The notes: a model not told the origin generated them from the sequence alone. Positions 8,003 through 17,056 are shown, counted from the stretch's first letter. The stretch: DNA of 64,000 nucleotides from Chitinophagaceae bacterium (GCA_023957125.1 JAMLHL010000005.1:61-64060); one strand, 5' to 3'. Numbers and translations are program-made.

Positions 8003-8074
8003 TAGCCTCGACAGGAATCGAACCTGTATCTGGAGCTTCGGAAACTCTTATACTATCCATTGTACTACGAGGCC
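8003..8074 (-). tRNA. tRNA-Arg (anticodon CCG)
   Basis: Manual cloverleaf: acceptor GGCCTCG/CGAGGCT, D arm GTAC-AATGGATA-GTAT, anticodon loop TTCCGAA, T arm ACAGG-TTCGATT-CCTGT, discriminator A, no encoded CCA. Confidence 0.85.
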
Positions 8075-8134
8075 TATTACCAGGCGGAAATCCTTAGTCA
8101 GCATTCGGACCCCAGCCTGAATTATTTTTATTTC

Positions 8135-8210
8135 ATAGGAATCGAACCTGTGTCTGGAGCTTCGTCCCAACCGTAGGTCGGGATTATACTATCCATTGTA
8201 CTACGAGGCC
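8135..8210 (-). pseudogene. tRNA-Arg-derived pseudogene (disrupted anticodon arm, no 3' acceptor strand)
   Basis: The first 26 nt are identical to the tRNA at 8003-8074. A 20-nt hairpin (ATCCCGACCTACGGTTGGGA) then replaces 8 nt of the anticodon arm. The T arm has a mismatch (ACAGG/CCTAT), and the following sequence TGAAATA cannot pair with GGCCTCG. Confidence 0.6.
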
Positions 8211-8214
8211 AGAC

Positions 8215-8281
8215 TAATTTGAAAATAAATCAATTTGGTAATTTGAAAATGTCATTTTCAAATTAACACACTTTCAAATTA
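8215..8281. repeat. nested AT-rich inverted repeats built on TAATTTGAAA / TTTCAAATTA
   Basis: The outer arms are 8215-8224 and 8272-8281. The inner perfect 12-bp arms are 8240-8251 and 8253-8264. The last arm overlaps the marC stop codon. Confidence 0.65.
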
Positions 8282-8857
8282 TTTAATCAGTCCATGTGCA
8301 TTCTCTGCGAAGATCTTTACCGCAATGGCGAGCAAAACTACGCCAAAAAACTTACGTACCGCAATTAAACCTGCATTTCCTAAAAGCCGGGCAATTAAAT
8401 TCAACGACCTTAACACCGCGTAGATAATAAAAAGGTTGATGACGATCCCTACGAATATGGCCAGGTCAGAGAAATTGGCTTTAAGCGCCATAATGGTGGT
8501 GAGTGTTCCGGAGCCCGCGATCAAAGGAAAAGCAATGGGTACCAGGGTGGCGGCCTGTACGTCTTTTTCACTTTTGAAAAACTCCAGCCCCAGCACCATT
8601 TCCAGCCCCAGGATAAAGATAACCACCGAGCCGGCTACGGCAAAGGTTTTGATATCCAACCCGAGGATACGTAAGAAGCCGTCCCCGGCAAATAAAAACA
8701 ACAACATCAGCGCTCCCGAAATAAGGGTGGCGCGCAATTCGTTGATGCCGCCTATTTTTTGTTTCAATGAGATCAATATCGGTACCGACCCGATAATATC
8801 TATTATCGCAAAAAGTGTAAACACAATGGTGATCAGCTCACTTAAGCTAAACGGCAT
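8279..8857 (-). CDS. marC: MarC-family (UPF0056) integral membrane protein
   Basis: 192 aa polytopic membrane protein. The N-terminus FTLFAIIDIIGSVPILISL is typical of the MarC family. Confidence 0.8.
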   Translation of the reverse strand: MPFSLSELITIVFTLFAIIDIIGSVPILISLKQKIGGINELRATLISGALMLLFLFAGDGFLRILGLDIKTFAVAGSVVIFILGLEMVLGLEFFKSEKDVQAATLVPIAFPLIAGSGTLTTIMALKANFSDLAIFVGIVINLFIIYAVLRSLNLIARLLGNAGLIAVRKFFGVVLLAIAVKIFAENAHGLIK

Positions 8858-8918
8858 CGTCCTGAATTTTTTACAAAGGTATTGCTCTGTTCCCGGGTTT
8901 TCGCTCCGGGAAAGGGTA

Positions 8919-10040
8919 TTAAACTTTTATATACACCTTCTTCCTGTCCATCCCGTAGCCGACCAGCCAGCACAAAAGCATATAGCAAAGCGCAAATGCC
9001 AGAGAGCCCCAGGGACCCGGGAGAGCTACCTGGAAGAAACCCTGACTGACCGCATCATAAAGCGGCGTTCCCGAACCGGTCTTTATTAAATACAAGATGG
9101 GATACAGCAATTCCGAAAGGATATAAATAAAAAGCGGGTTTTTACCAAAAACCTGGAAGAAGTACACTCCTTTGGTAAAGGTTTTTATCTCAATAACAAA
9201 GATCAGGATACCCAGAATGACCAGATCAAGACCAACCGTATACAATACAAAGGAACTCGTCCAGAGTTTTTTGTTGATCGGAAACACAAAGTCCCAGAAA
9301 TAAGCTATACAAAGTAATCCAAACCCCGCCATAAGAAGTCGGGCAACCGCTTCATAGCTTTTCCCCTTTTGCTGAATAAATACGCCGGCATAATATCCTG
9401 CAATAACATTCACTATGGCAGGAATCGTACTCAATAAGCCCTCAGGGTCAAACGCAACGCCTTCACCGTGATACAGGTGGTTTGCGCCAAAGATCAAAAG
9501 GTCTGTTTTGTGTCCTATATTTCCGGTCATGCTGTAATCGCCGCCCCAAAAAAGAAGGAGCCAATATCCCGCCAGAAAAATAACACTCAATCCCCATACT
9601 GTTTTCTTTGAGAGGAAATGGATCATTAGTCCTGCCGCACAATAAGCCAGGGCAATCCGCTGTAATACGCCCATTATACGGGTGTGGCTGATAGGCGCCC
9701 ACTGGTAAGCCCCATCAGGGCTTTCGCTGAAAAAAGGAAACCAGTACATGAGATAACCCAACAGAAAGATAATGATGGTGCGCTTAAAGAGTTTTCCTAA
9801 TACCTTTCCTGTTCCCAATTGCCGGTATTTAGGCATAGAAAAACTCATGGCATTACCCACCACAAAAAGGAACGTTGGAAAAACAAGATCGGTGGGCGTA
9901 AATCCGTTCCAGGAAGCATGATCCAGCGGCGCAAAGGGCTCCGCTCCGGTACCAGGATTGTTTACAATGATCATGAAACAGATGGTCATGCCTCTTAATA
10001 CATCAAGGGCGAGAAACCGGGGCGATGCAGCTTGGGTCAT
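8919..10040 (-). CDS. membrane acyltransferase, heparan-alpha-glucosaminide N-acetyltransferase-like (DUF1624/DUF5009 type)
   Basis: 373 aa multi-pass membrane protein. The N-terminus RFLALDVLRGMTICFMIIVNNPG..W..F.PTDLVFPTFLFVVG is typical of this family. Confidence 0.7.
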   Translation of the reverse strand: MTQAASPRFLALDVLRGMTICFMIIVNNPGTGAEPFAPLDHASWNGFTPTDLVFPTFLFVVGNAMSFSMPKYRQLGTGKVLGKLFKRTIIIFLLGYLMYWFPFFSESPDGAYQWAPISHTRIMGVLQRIALAYCAAGLMIHFLSKKTVWGLSVIFLAGYWLLLFWGGDYSMTGNIGHKTDLLIFGANHLYHGEGVAFDPEGLLSTIPAIVNVIAGYYAGVFIQQKGKSYEAVARLLMAGFGLLCIAYFWDFVFPINKKLWTSSFVLYTVGLDLVILGILIFVIEIKTFTKGVYFFQVFGKNPLFIYILSELLYPILYLIKTGSGTPLYDAVSQGFFQVALPGPWGSLAFALCYMLLCWLVGYGMDRKKVYIKV

Positions 10041-10068
10041 ATAAAACGGGAATTAGGTAATATTTCTT

Positions 10069-10076
10069 CAAAAATA
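10069..10076 (-). promoter_or_regulatory. -7 promoter box TATTTTTG (Bacteroidota TAnnTTTG consensus)
   Basis: Minus-strand match 28 nt upstream of the start codon at 10040. Confidence 0.45.
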
Positions 10077-10450
10077 AGAGAATTAGTCGGGCAAATTCAA
10101 GTATGAAAAGAAGAGACTGTTCTCTGGGATATGTAACGGGAAGGCCGGAAGATGATAAGGAGAACGGAAAAGAAAAGTGAAATGAGGCGCATCTTTGATA
10201 ACGATCTTTTAGGATATTTTTACAAAGTATTAAGAAAGCGGTATTTATTTTTTACCGACCTTTGTATTCGAGGATTTGGAAATGGTGTTGGTAAATACAA
10301 TTTAATATTGTATATTACGTTATAGAAGAGAAAAAGTTCTTAAGAAATATTTAACAAAGCAGATTTGTACTTTTTACGCTGATTTGCGTCTTATATATAA
10401 AGAGTTTGTAAAAACAGTCAATTTTCTCATAAGCAGTTAGTTTTGGTTGC

Positions 10451-10482
10451 GGCCCCTATTTCTATAGGGGCCAATTTTTTTT
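10451..10482 (+). terminator. intrinsic-terminator-like hairpin (GGCCCCTAT-TTC-TATAGGGGCC followed by AATTTTTTTT)
   Basis: Near-perfect stem (9 bp plus one T-T mismatch). The T-run lies only on the plus strand, yet no plus-strand gene lies upstream. The hairpin sits just past the stop of the minus-strand VanZ gene. Confidence 0.5.
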
Positions 10483-10855
10483 ATACAGCTTTTTGACTTT
10501 TGCTAACATAATACCGGTACACAAGCCAGCCGGCAAAAGAACCCGCAATATCCGCTACGATATCTTCTATTTCAAAACTCCGGTTTACTACCCAGTATTT
10601 TTGAACATATTCCATCCCGATACCGTACAGGGACGACAGCAGGAAAATAATCCGGAACAGTTTGCGGGTAAATTTTTTGTCATTGTAACTGCACCATAAG
10701 AATACCTGAACGCCAAATAAAAAGAAATGGACTATCTTATCGAAGAAAGGTACCCGTGGGGTCCGGGGAAATTCCTGCCCCGGGATGATCAGTAAAATAA
10801 AGATCAGGATTGACCATGCGAGAGCGGCAATTAAAGCGTAACTGTGTTTCTTCAT
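10481..10855 (-). CDS. VanZ-family membrane protein
   Basis: 124 aa with four predicted TM segments. FDKIVHFFLFG and GIGMEYVQ are VanZ-like motifs. Confidence 0.7.
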   Translation of the reverse strand: MKKHSYALIAALAWSILIFILLIIPGQEFPRTPRVPFFDKIVHFFLFGVQVFLWCSYNDKKFTRKLFRIIFLLSSLYGIGMEYVQKYWVVNRSFEIEDIVADIAGSFAGWLVYRYYVSKSQKAV

Positions 10856-10870
10856 CTGTTGATGCGGCTG

Positions 10871-11254
10871 CTATCCCTGCACTAAATCGCTGTAGGCCGT
10901 TGCAGTCATGAGGGCTTCTACCTCGGCTTTATTGTCCACTTTCATCTTAATCATCCATCCTTCGCCATAGGGGTCGTTATTGATCAATTCGGGTTTATTG
11001 TTGAGTTCGGGATTGATTTCGGTGATGGTTCCGGAAACCGGCAAAAAAAGATCACTAACGGTTTTAACTGCCTCCACAGTGCCGAAAACAGCGTCTGCCC
11101 CGAGGTGCTGGTTGAGTGTTTCGATCTCTACATATACAATATCGCCCAATTCACTTTGTGCAAATTCGGTGATACCAATAACGGCAGTGTCCCCTTCTTC
11201 AAGGCGTATCCACTCGTGGTCTTTAGTGTAGTGTAAGTTTTCGGGAAAATTCAT
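10871..11254 (-). CDS. gcvH: glycine cleavage system protein H
   Basis: YTKDHEWIRLE..IGITEFAQSELGDIVYVE...VEAVKTVSDLFLPVSG, including the lipoyl-lysine motif. The start is taken at the internal MNFPENL, because the longer ORF start at 11275 abuts the upstream gene. Confidence 0.9.
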   Translation of the reverse strand: MNFPENLHYTKDHEWIRLEEGDTAVIGITEFAQSELGDIVYVEIETLNQHLGADAVFGTVEAVKTVSDLFLPVSGTITEINPELNNKPELINNDPYGEGWMIKMKVDNKAEVEALMTATAYSDLVQG

Positions 11255-11278
11255 GATGCTTGTTTTGTGTTGCAAAGA

Positions 11279-11629
11279 TTACAAAAAATAATCGTTCTCA
11301 AAATATAATAAAACATGATCCTTCATAAACCGCTCCTGCTCCATTGCGTTCATCGGGGGAAGGGCTTTCAGCTGCCTGAAATGCGGCCATCCGTCCGGAT
11401 CTGATCTTTCCAGTTCATAATAGCCGCTGCGGGCCAGCAAGCTGCAAACAGCTACATGCATCAGATCTTGTTTTTGTTCTTTCGTAAATTCCTTCCGGAT
11501 CTGTCCGAATTCCTGGATTCCAATCAGGAACAAAATAGTTTCCATATCGGGAGTTTTACCAAAACGCCTGGCTAACTCGGCCTCCAGATCCCACCACCGC
11601 GACTGTAATGCATCTTTCCGGTTGTTCAT
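11279..11629 (-). CDS. hypothetical protein (116 aa, cytoplasmic)
   Basis: Clean ORF in an operon-like array with gcvH. No family recognised. Confidence 0.55.
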   Translation of the reverse strand: MNNRKDALQSRWWDLEAELARRFGKTPDMETILFLIGIQEFGQIRKEFTKEQKQDLMHVAVCSLLARSGYYELERSDPDGWPHFRQLKALPPMNAMEQERFMKDHVLLYFENDYFL

Positions 11630-11765
11630 AAAGCAAAAGTACGCCGGAATTCAATTGAACTGACGATATCATGAGCCGATTGATTCTATGCAGGGTATTC
11701 TCTTCTTCTTGCCTCCGGTGGATCCGCCGGAAGCTCCTTTAACCGGTTGGGATGAACCTCCGGCT

Positions 11766-13319
11766 TTATTCCATATGGGCGGCTGCGGGAAGAGGGGCGT
11801 TCTTTTTAAATTTTTGCATATAAATCAGAGGAATGCAGCATAGAACAAACACGCCGGCCAACAGGTATATGTTGTCGTAAGTCAGCAGCATTGTCTGCCT
11901 GACAATGGTGCCTTCGGCAGCTTTATTTGCCATCTGTTGTGCTTCAAACAGGCTGTATCCTTTTCCGAGGAAGCTCTGTATCAGCGCATTTTGTCGTTCC
12001 GTGAAGGCCGGGTTATAAGGATTTATATTCTCGACCAATACGTTTCTTACCACGCCGCTTTTAATATGGATAAGAGTGGTGAGAATAGCAATTCCAAAAG
12101 AGCCGCCTAACTGCCGCATCATATTATTCAACCCCGTTCCCTGGCCGATGTCTTTCCCCTGCAGATCCTGCACGGCAAGGGTTGTGAGGGGTACAAACAG
12201 CATGCTCATGCCGATACCCCGGATGATCAGCGGCCAGAAAAAGTCGCTGGTACCCGATGAAAGAGTGGAATTGGACATGGTAAAACTGAATACAAAAAAC
12301 AATACAAACCCGATATTGGATAAAATTTGCGCGGGTATGCCCCGTTTTAGCATGGCGCCTACCAAAGGCATCATACAGATAGTGGCAACACCTCCCGGAA
12401 ACAGCAACTCCCCCGTTTGTTGAGCGGAAAAACCAAGCAGGTTCTGACAAAATACCGGGAAAATAAATACGGAACCGTATAATGCAAATCCCAGGGCAAA
12501 GGAAGTGAAGATACCCACGCTGAAACTTCTGAATTTCAGGATGTTGAAATCCACCACCGGGTGATCGGTGCTCCGCTCTCTCCATACAAAGGCTATGGCG
12601 GATACTATGGCACATACGGAAAGCGCGGCTATATAGGGAGTGGCAAACCAGTCTTCCGATTCTCCTTTCTCAAGCACTACCTGCAGACTGCCTACCCCGA
12701 TGGCCAGGAACAAAATGCCCCACCAGTCTATAGGCTGCCCTTTGGCATATTTGGGCGATTCCCGCACAAACATCACAACCAGAAACGCTGCCAGAGCGCC
12801 AACGGGAATGTTCACATAAAAAATCCAGGGCCAGCTGAAATGGTCGGTGATATACCCACCGATAGTAGGACCAACGGTGGGGCCCACCACCGCGCCTAAC
12901 CCGAATAGGGCAGTTGCCATCCCTACCTCTTCACGGGGCCAGGATTCCAGCAAAATGGCCTGGGCGGTGGAGATAATGCCCCCGCCTCCTAAACCCTGTA
13001 TGATGCGGAAGGCAATTAATTCGTTTAACCCGGTGGCATTCCCGCAAAGCACGGAGGATACCGTAAATATAATGATGGAAGCAATGAAATAATTTTTTCT
13101 TCCGAAACGGTCGCCCAACCAGCCGGACATCGGGAGGATTATTACATTGGCAACCGCATATCCGGTTATCAGCCAGCCGGCGTCTTCAAGCGTTGCGCCG
13201 AGGTTTCCCATGATCTGCGGCAGCGCCACATTTACAATGGTGGTATCAATAAGCTGGAGCAGCGAAGCCATGATCACTGTAAGGGTAATGATCCATTTTC
13301 TTAACCCCTGTTCGGCCAT
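11766..13319 (-). CDS. MFS transporter, DHA2 (EmrB/QacA) multidrug efflux family
   Basis: 517 aa, about 14 TM segments. Motifs: TIVNVALPQI, GWLGDRFGRK. Confidence 0.9.
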   Translation of the reverse strand: MAEQGLRKWIITLTVIMASLLQLIDTTIVNVALPQIMGNLGATLEDAGWLITGYAVANVIILPMSGWLGDRFGRKNYFIASIIIFTVSSVLCGNATGLNELIAFRIIQGLGGGGIISTAQAILLESWPREEVGMATALFGLGAVVGPTVGPTIGGYITDHFSWPWIFYVNIPVGALAAFLVVMFVRESPKYAKGQPIDWWGILFLAIGVGSLQVVLEKGESEDWFATPYIAALSVCAIVSAIAFVWRERSTDHPVVDFNILKFRSFSVGIFTSFALGFALYGSVFIFPVFCQNLLGFSAQQTGELLFPGGVATICMMPLVGAMLKRGIPAQILSNIGFVLFFVFSFTMSNSTLSSGTSDFFWPLIIRGIGMSMLFVPLTTLAVQDLQGKDIGQGTGLNNMMRQLGGSFGIAILTTLIHIKSGVVRNVLVENINPYNPAFTERQNALIQSFLGKGYSLFEAQQMANKAAEGTIVRQTMLLTYDNIYLLAGVFVLCCIPLIYMQKFKKNAPLPAAAHME

Positions 13320-13372
13320 AACCTTTTCATTGAATGTTATTGAAAGAATGAACTTTGTTTAATGAGCGACGG

Positions 13373-14422
13373 TTATTGGGTATGTACGGTTACTTTCACA
13401 CTCATTCCCGGTCGTAGTTTTTCCAGGAGATCTGCCGAAAGGTCGAGCATGATCCGCACAGGGATACGCTGCACCACTTTCACGAAATTTCCGGTGGCGT
13501 TGTCGGGCGGCAGCAGGGAAAATTTAGCGCCGGTAGCCCCTGCAAAAGAAGCGATGGTTCCCCTTAGCGTTGAATCGGGGTATGCATCCACTCGGATGTC
13601 CACCTTTTCACCCACCCGCAGGTCTTTCATCTGTGTTTCTTTAAAGTTGGCCGTTACGTAAATGCCTTTATCATTTACAATGGCCAATAAGGGCTGCCCG
13701 GCCTGAACCAGCTGTCCCAGCTGAATATTTCTCTTGGAAGCAATCCCGTCTGCCGGTGAAAGAATAGCCGTATAAGACAATTGCAATCTGGCATATTCCA
13801 CTTCGGCCGCGCTGCGGGAGATATCGGAAGCAACCGCAACGGATTGCTGCTCGCCGGTGCTCACTTTTTTATGGGTGACCGGTACCTGGGTTTGGGCCAC
13901 CAGTAAGGCCGCTTCAGCCGATTCTTTTTCAGCCTTTGCGGCGTCGTATTGCGCTTTGGTGATCGCATGGTCGCGGTACAGGTTTTGATAACGGTTGAAA
14001 TCTTCGGTTGCTTTCCACACCCTTATCTTAGCGGCGTCAACATTTGCTTTGGCGGTTGCAATACCCGTTTTGAATTCCTGTACCGCATAACGGGACACCG
14101 TAACCGCTTGTTTGGCGGATTGCAGAACGGCTTCTGCCTGCTGCAATCTTATTTTATAATCACGATCGTCCAGCACGGCCAGGGTATCGCCGGCTTTAAC
14201 CCATTGGTTATCGGTAAAACGGATTTCCTGTACATACCCGCTTGCTCTCGCTATTACCGGGCTGATGTCGGCATCAATTTGCGCATCGTCCGTGACCTCG
14301 TGGCGCTGGTAGTAAATGTATTCCCTGATGGTGATCCCTACCGCCGCAATCAGTACCAAAGCGAGTATTAATGGAAAAATGATCTTCTTTGATCTCTTTT
14401 TTACTGGTGATTGTTCGCTCAT
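13373..14422 (-). CDS. HlyD-family efflux adaptor (EmrA-like membrane fusion protein)
   Basis: 349 aa with an N-terminal TM segment, a coiled-coil and barrel-sandwich pattern. It lies adjacent to the DHA2 pump. Confidence 0.85.
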   Translation of the reverse strand: MSEQSPVKKRSKKIIFPLILALVLIAAVGITIREYIYYQRHEVTDDAQIDADISPVIARASGYVQEIRFTDNQWVKAGDTLAVLDDRDYKIRLQQAEAVLQSAKQAVTVSRYAVQEFKTGIATAKANVDAAKIRVWKATEDFNRYQNLYRDHAITKAQYDAAKAEKESAEAALLVAQTQVPVTHKKVSTGEQQSVAVASDISRSAAEVEYARLQLSYTAILSPADGIASKRNIQLGQLVQAGQPLLAIVNDKGIYVTANFKETQMKDLRVGEKVDIRVDAYPDSTLRGTIASFAGATGAKFSLLPPDNATGNFVKVVQRIPVRIMLDLSADLLEKLRPGMSVKVTVHTQ

Positions 14423-14452
14423 AAAATTTCTTCGTTGATTTGCATGGTTACT

Positions 14453-15778
14453 TTATAATGCTATATGTCCGGTTGATTTCAGCAGCGTATAGTAGGCCAG
14501 GGTGGCATCGGATTTGGCCAATTCAAGATTGATACGCGCCTGGTATAAAAGGGTTTGGGCATCAATCCGCTCGGTGGTGGTTGCCAGGTTGTTTTGAAAC
14601 CTCGACTCGGTTATCCGTTCATTTTCCCCGGCCTGCACAATGGCAACCTGTAAAACATGGATCTTATCCAATGCCTGCTGGTATTGCAGGTAATTTTGAT
14701 GCACCTCGGTTTTGATCTGATCTTTCAGGAGCTCGTCTCTGTCTTCAATCTCCTGCTTCCGGAGCTTGGCCTGCGCCAGCTTGTTTTTATTTTTATACAG
14801 GCTGCTGATGTCCCAGCCCACGTTTACGCCCACGATAAAGGGTGCGAGGTAACTTCCGTTTTTGGGGAGGATATTTTTAGAGGGATTAATAAAATATAAA
14901 TTACCGCCGGCGTTTACAACAGGCAGCTTTTCATCCTGTGTATCTTTAATGCCGATGTCGGCTATTTTAGACTGGAATTGTAATGCAGACAGCTCTTTAC
15001 GGTTTTCAAAAGCAAGCGCTAAATAGGTTTCAAGAGGGATATTACCGTTGAGCCGGTAATCCATCCCCTCTTCTTCAATGATGGTGCTGTCAGGTAAGCC
15101 CAGTAAGATATCCAGGTTATAATTCACTATTTTCCTGTTTTTCTTCAGTGCTATATCTTCCAGCGCCATTTTTGATTTTTCGAGCTCAAACCGCAGAACA
15201 TCATTTCTTGTGGCAAGCCCCTGCGCCTCGTACTTTTTAATTTCGGTCAGTTTATTTTCAATGTCTTTAAGGTTGAGGTGAAGGATCGTTTGGTTTTGGA
15301 TCAGTTTATAATAATTGATATAGGATTGGATGATAGTAAATGTTACCTCCTCTTTGTCCATAGCGGCATTTAATTTACTGATCTGCAACAGCAGGTTCGA
15401 CGACTCCCTGGCATACCGGAGATGATGCCCTTCGAAAACTGGCTGGCTGATCCCTACCGATGCCTGGTATAATGGGTTGTCAAAGGGCAGGTTCATTTTC
15501 TGCGGATCGCTGGTAGCGGAGGGCAAATAAAAAGTTTGTGTAGGCAATAACGCATGACTGTATCCGGCACTGATTTTTGCAGTGGGAAGGGAAGCGTCTT
15601 TAGCCTGTTCGGCCTGCGCCAGAGCTTCATCAATCCGGTGCCGGGAAACGCTGAGTTGTTTGCTGTTTTCGATGCCTGTTGTTATCGCTTCCCGGAAATT
15701 TAATGTGATCACCTGGGCGTATGAAGGCGTTAAGCCTTTACACGCCCATAGTAGAAGTATAGCTGCCGTTTTTTTCAT
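14453..15778 (-). CDS. TolC-family outer membrane efflux protein
   Basis: 441 aa with a signal peptide and a duplicated OEP-type repeat pattern. It is first in the efflux operon after tetR. Confidence 0.85.
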   Translation of the reverse strand: MKKTAAILLLWACKGLTPSYAQVITLNFREAITTGIENSKQLSVSRHRIDEALAQAEQAKDASLPTAKISAGYSHALLPTQTFYLPSATSDPQKMNLPFDNPLYQASVGISQPVFEGHHLRYARESSNLLLQISKLNAAMDKEEVTFTIIQSYINYYKLIQNQTILHLNLKDIENKLTEIKKYEAQGLATRNDVLRFELEKSKMALEDIALKKNRKIVNYNLDILLGLPDSTIIEEEGMDYRLNGNIPLETYLALAFENRKELSALQFQSKIADIGIKDTQDEKLPVVNAGGNLYFINPSKNILPKNGSYLAPFIVGVNVGWDISSLYKNKNKLAQAKLRKQEIEDRDELLKDQIKTEVHQNYLQYQQALDKIHVLQVAIVQAGENERITESRFQNNLATTTERIDAQTLLYQARINLELAKSDATLAYYTLLKSTGHIAL

Positions 15779-15788
15779 TCGTATGTTT

Positions 15789-16409
15789 TTAGTTTTTTAT
15801 TTCCAGGTGGGCTTTCAGTAGTGATTTCAGATGTGCTTTCAGTTTGGGGATCATTTTCTTCTGATAGGCTGTTTCGTCATTTTTATCAATTTCCATTAAC
15901 CTGCAATACATGGTTTTGAATAAAGTAACCTGGGTAAGCACGCCTATAATGATGTCCACTGTAAATTCCATATCCACTTTTCGGAACACTTTTGCTTTCT
16001 GGCCTTCCATGATGATTTTTTTAACCTGTTGATAATTTTTAAGCCGGAGGTCGGTGAGCATTTCCCTGATCTCTTCCGATTGTATGGTAGCCAGGTGCAG
16101 GGTTACAATGCGGTGGAATTGATAATTATTCATGATCCGGTCAACATACAGATCTACCAGGTGTTCTATTTTGTCCGGCGGGGAGAGCGTTTTGTTTTTT
16201 TCAATTTCTTCTAAAATGCCGTGGGTATAGCTTGCCCTCCTGACTATAAGCGCTATCAGTAGTTTTTCTTTGGAACCGAAATAATAAGAGATCATAGCCA
16301 GGTTTACCCCGGCCTGCCTTGCAATGTCTCTTACGGAAGTGAGGTTATATCCTTTTTGAGCGAAAAGCTGTTCGGCAACTTCCAGTATCTGTATCCTCTT
16401 ATCACCCAT
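15789..16409 (-). CDS. TetR/AcrR-family transcriptional regulator
   Basis: ILEVAEQLFAQKGYNLTSVRDIARQAGVNLAMISYYFGSKEKL is the TetR HTH. The start is taken at MGDKRIQ, because a -7 box and a palindrome occupy the longer ORF's 5' end. Confidence 0.85.
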   Translation of the reverse strand: MGDKRIQILEVAEQLFAQKGYNLTSVRDIARQAGVNLAMISYYFGSKEKLLIALIVRRASYTHGILEEIEKNKTLSPPDKIEHLVDLYVDRIMNNYQFHRIVTLHLATIQSEEIREMLTDLRLKNYQQVKKIIMEGQKAKVFRKVDMEFTVDIIIGVLTQVTLFKTMYCRLMEIDKNDETAYQKKMIPKLKAHLKSLLKAHLEIKN

Positions 16410-16426
16410 CGCTGATTTTTGAGGCG

Positions 16427-16434
16427 CAAAGTTA
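16427..16434 (-). promoter_or_regulatory. -7 promoter box TAACTTTG
   Basis: Minus-strand TAnnTTTG match 17 nt upstream of the tetR ATG at 16407-16409. Confidence 0.5.
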
Positions 16435-16447
16435 AACAACCGTTTAA
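16432..16447. promoter_or_regulatory. perfect palindrome TTAAAC-AACC-GTTTAA, candidate TetR operator
   Basis: A 6-4-6 inverted repeat that overlaps the -7 box of the tetR-efflux operon. Confidence 0.45.
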
Positions 16448-16601
16448 ATTACACCATCCCTTATGCCGTTATTTGGTTAACCTTTTGTTATCGGATAAGA
16501 ATAGCGGGAGACCGGGACATACAGGTTGGCACAACAGAAGAAGCCTGCTGAGGTGTAAGAGGTATCGGTACCGGTTTTTATAATACTACCGCCGTTTTGG
16601 G

Positions 16602-16883
16602 TTAATCCTGTTTGAGGTCGTTAACAGGTCTGGACATCAGCTCCTCGTATAGTTTTTGTGAATCGTAAGTAAGCGAGTCGTACGAAATTTCAAGCTGGGG
16701 CATCAGGTCTGACAAAGTGTTGATGCGTCCTTCAAGCGTCAGGAATTTGTTGAGCACTACCACTCTTTTCTGCTGGAGAATACAATAACCGCTCTGAAAA
16801 GTTCCTCTTTCATACCGTATCATATAACCGGCTTCTTCCAATATTGCCTCCATCTTTTTTAATGTGGGCTGGTTGTATTTCAT
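16602..16883 (-). CDS. hypothetical protein (93 aa)
   Basis: The ORF is MKYNQPTLKKMEAILEEAGYMIRYERGTFQSGYCIL.... The start is chosen at the second Met of the track ORF. No family recognised. Confidence 0.5.
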   Translation of the reverse strand: MKYNQPTLKKMEAILEEAGYMIRYERGTFQSGYCILQQKRVVVLNKFLTLEGRINTLSDLMPQLEISYDSLTYDSQKLYEELMSRPVNDLKQD

Positions 16884-17056
16884 CTGAATATCTTTAATCG
16901 TTGCTTTTTGCCGGATGACCCGCCATCGAATACCTTCCTGCCTGGAGAAAATCAAACTAACATTTTCTTCAATGAGTTACTTCCTACAAAGTTAAGGTAT
17001 CTGTCATCACCGGCCCTGCCACTTTTCCACAGTTGTGGATTGCGCCGGTGGCCGCG

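Noticed and set aside
8135-8210. A second functional tRNA gene
   Set aside because: No 3' acceptor strand follows the T arm. The T stem has a mismatch, and the anticodon region folds into a 7-bp stem with a 5-nt loop that lacks U33. It was called a pseudogene or remnant instead.
8436-9089. Long ORFs antisense to well-supported genes. Examples are 8436-9089, 12124-12615, 21249-21848, 26895-27464, 37532-38059 and 54679-55176.
   Set aside because: Each lies opposite a gene with clear family signatures and has low-complexity or biased composition typical of antisense frames. There are no independent signals.
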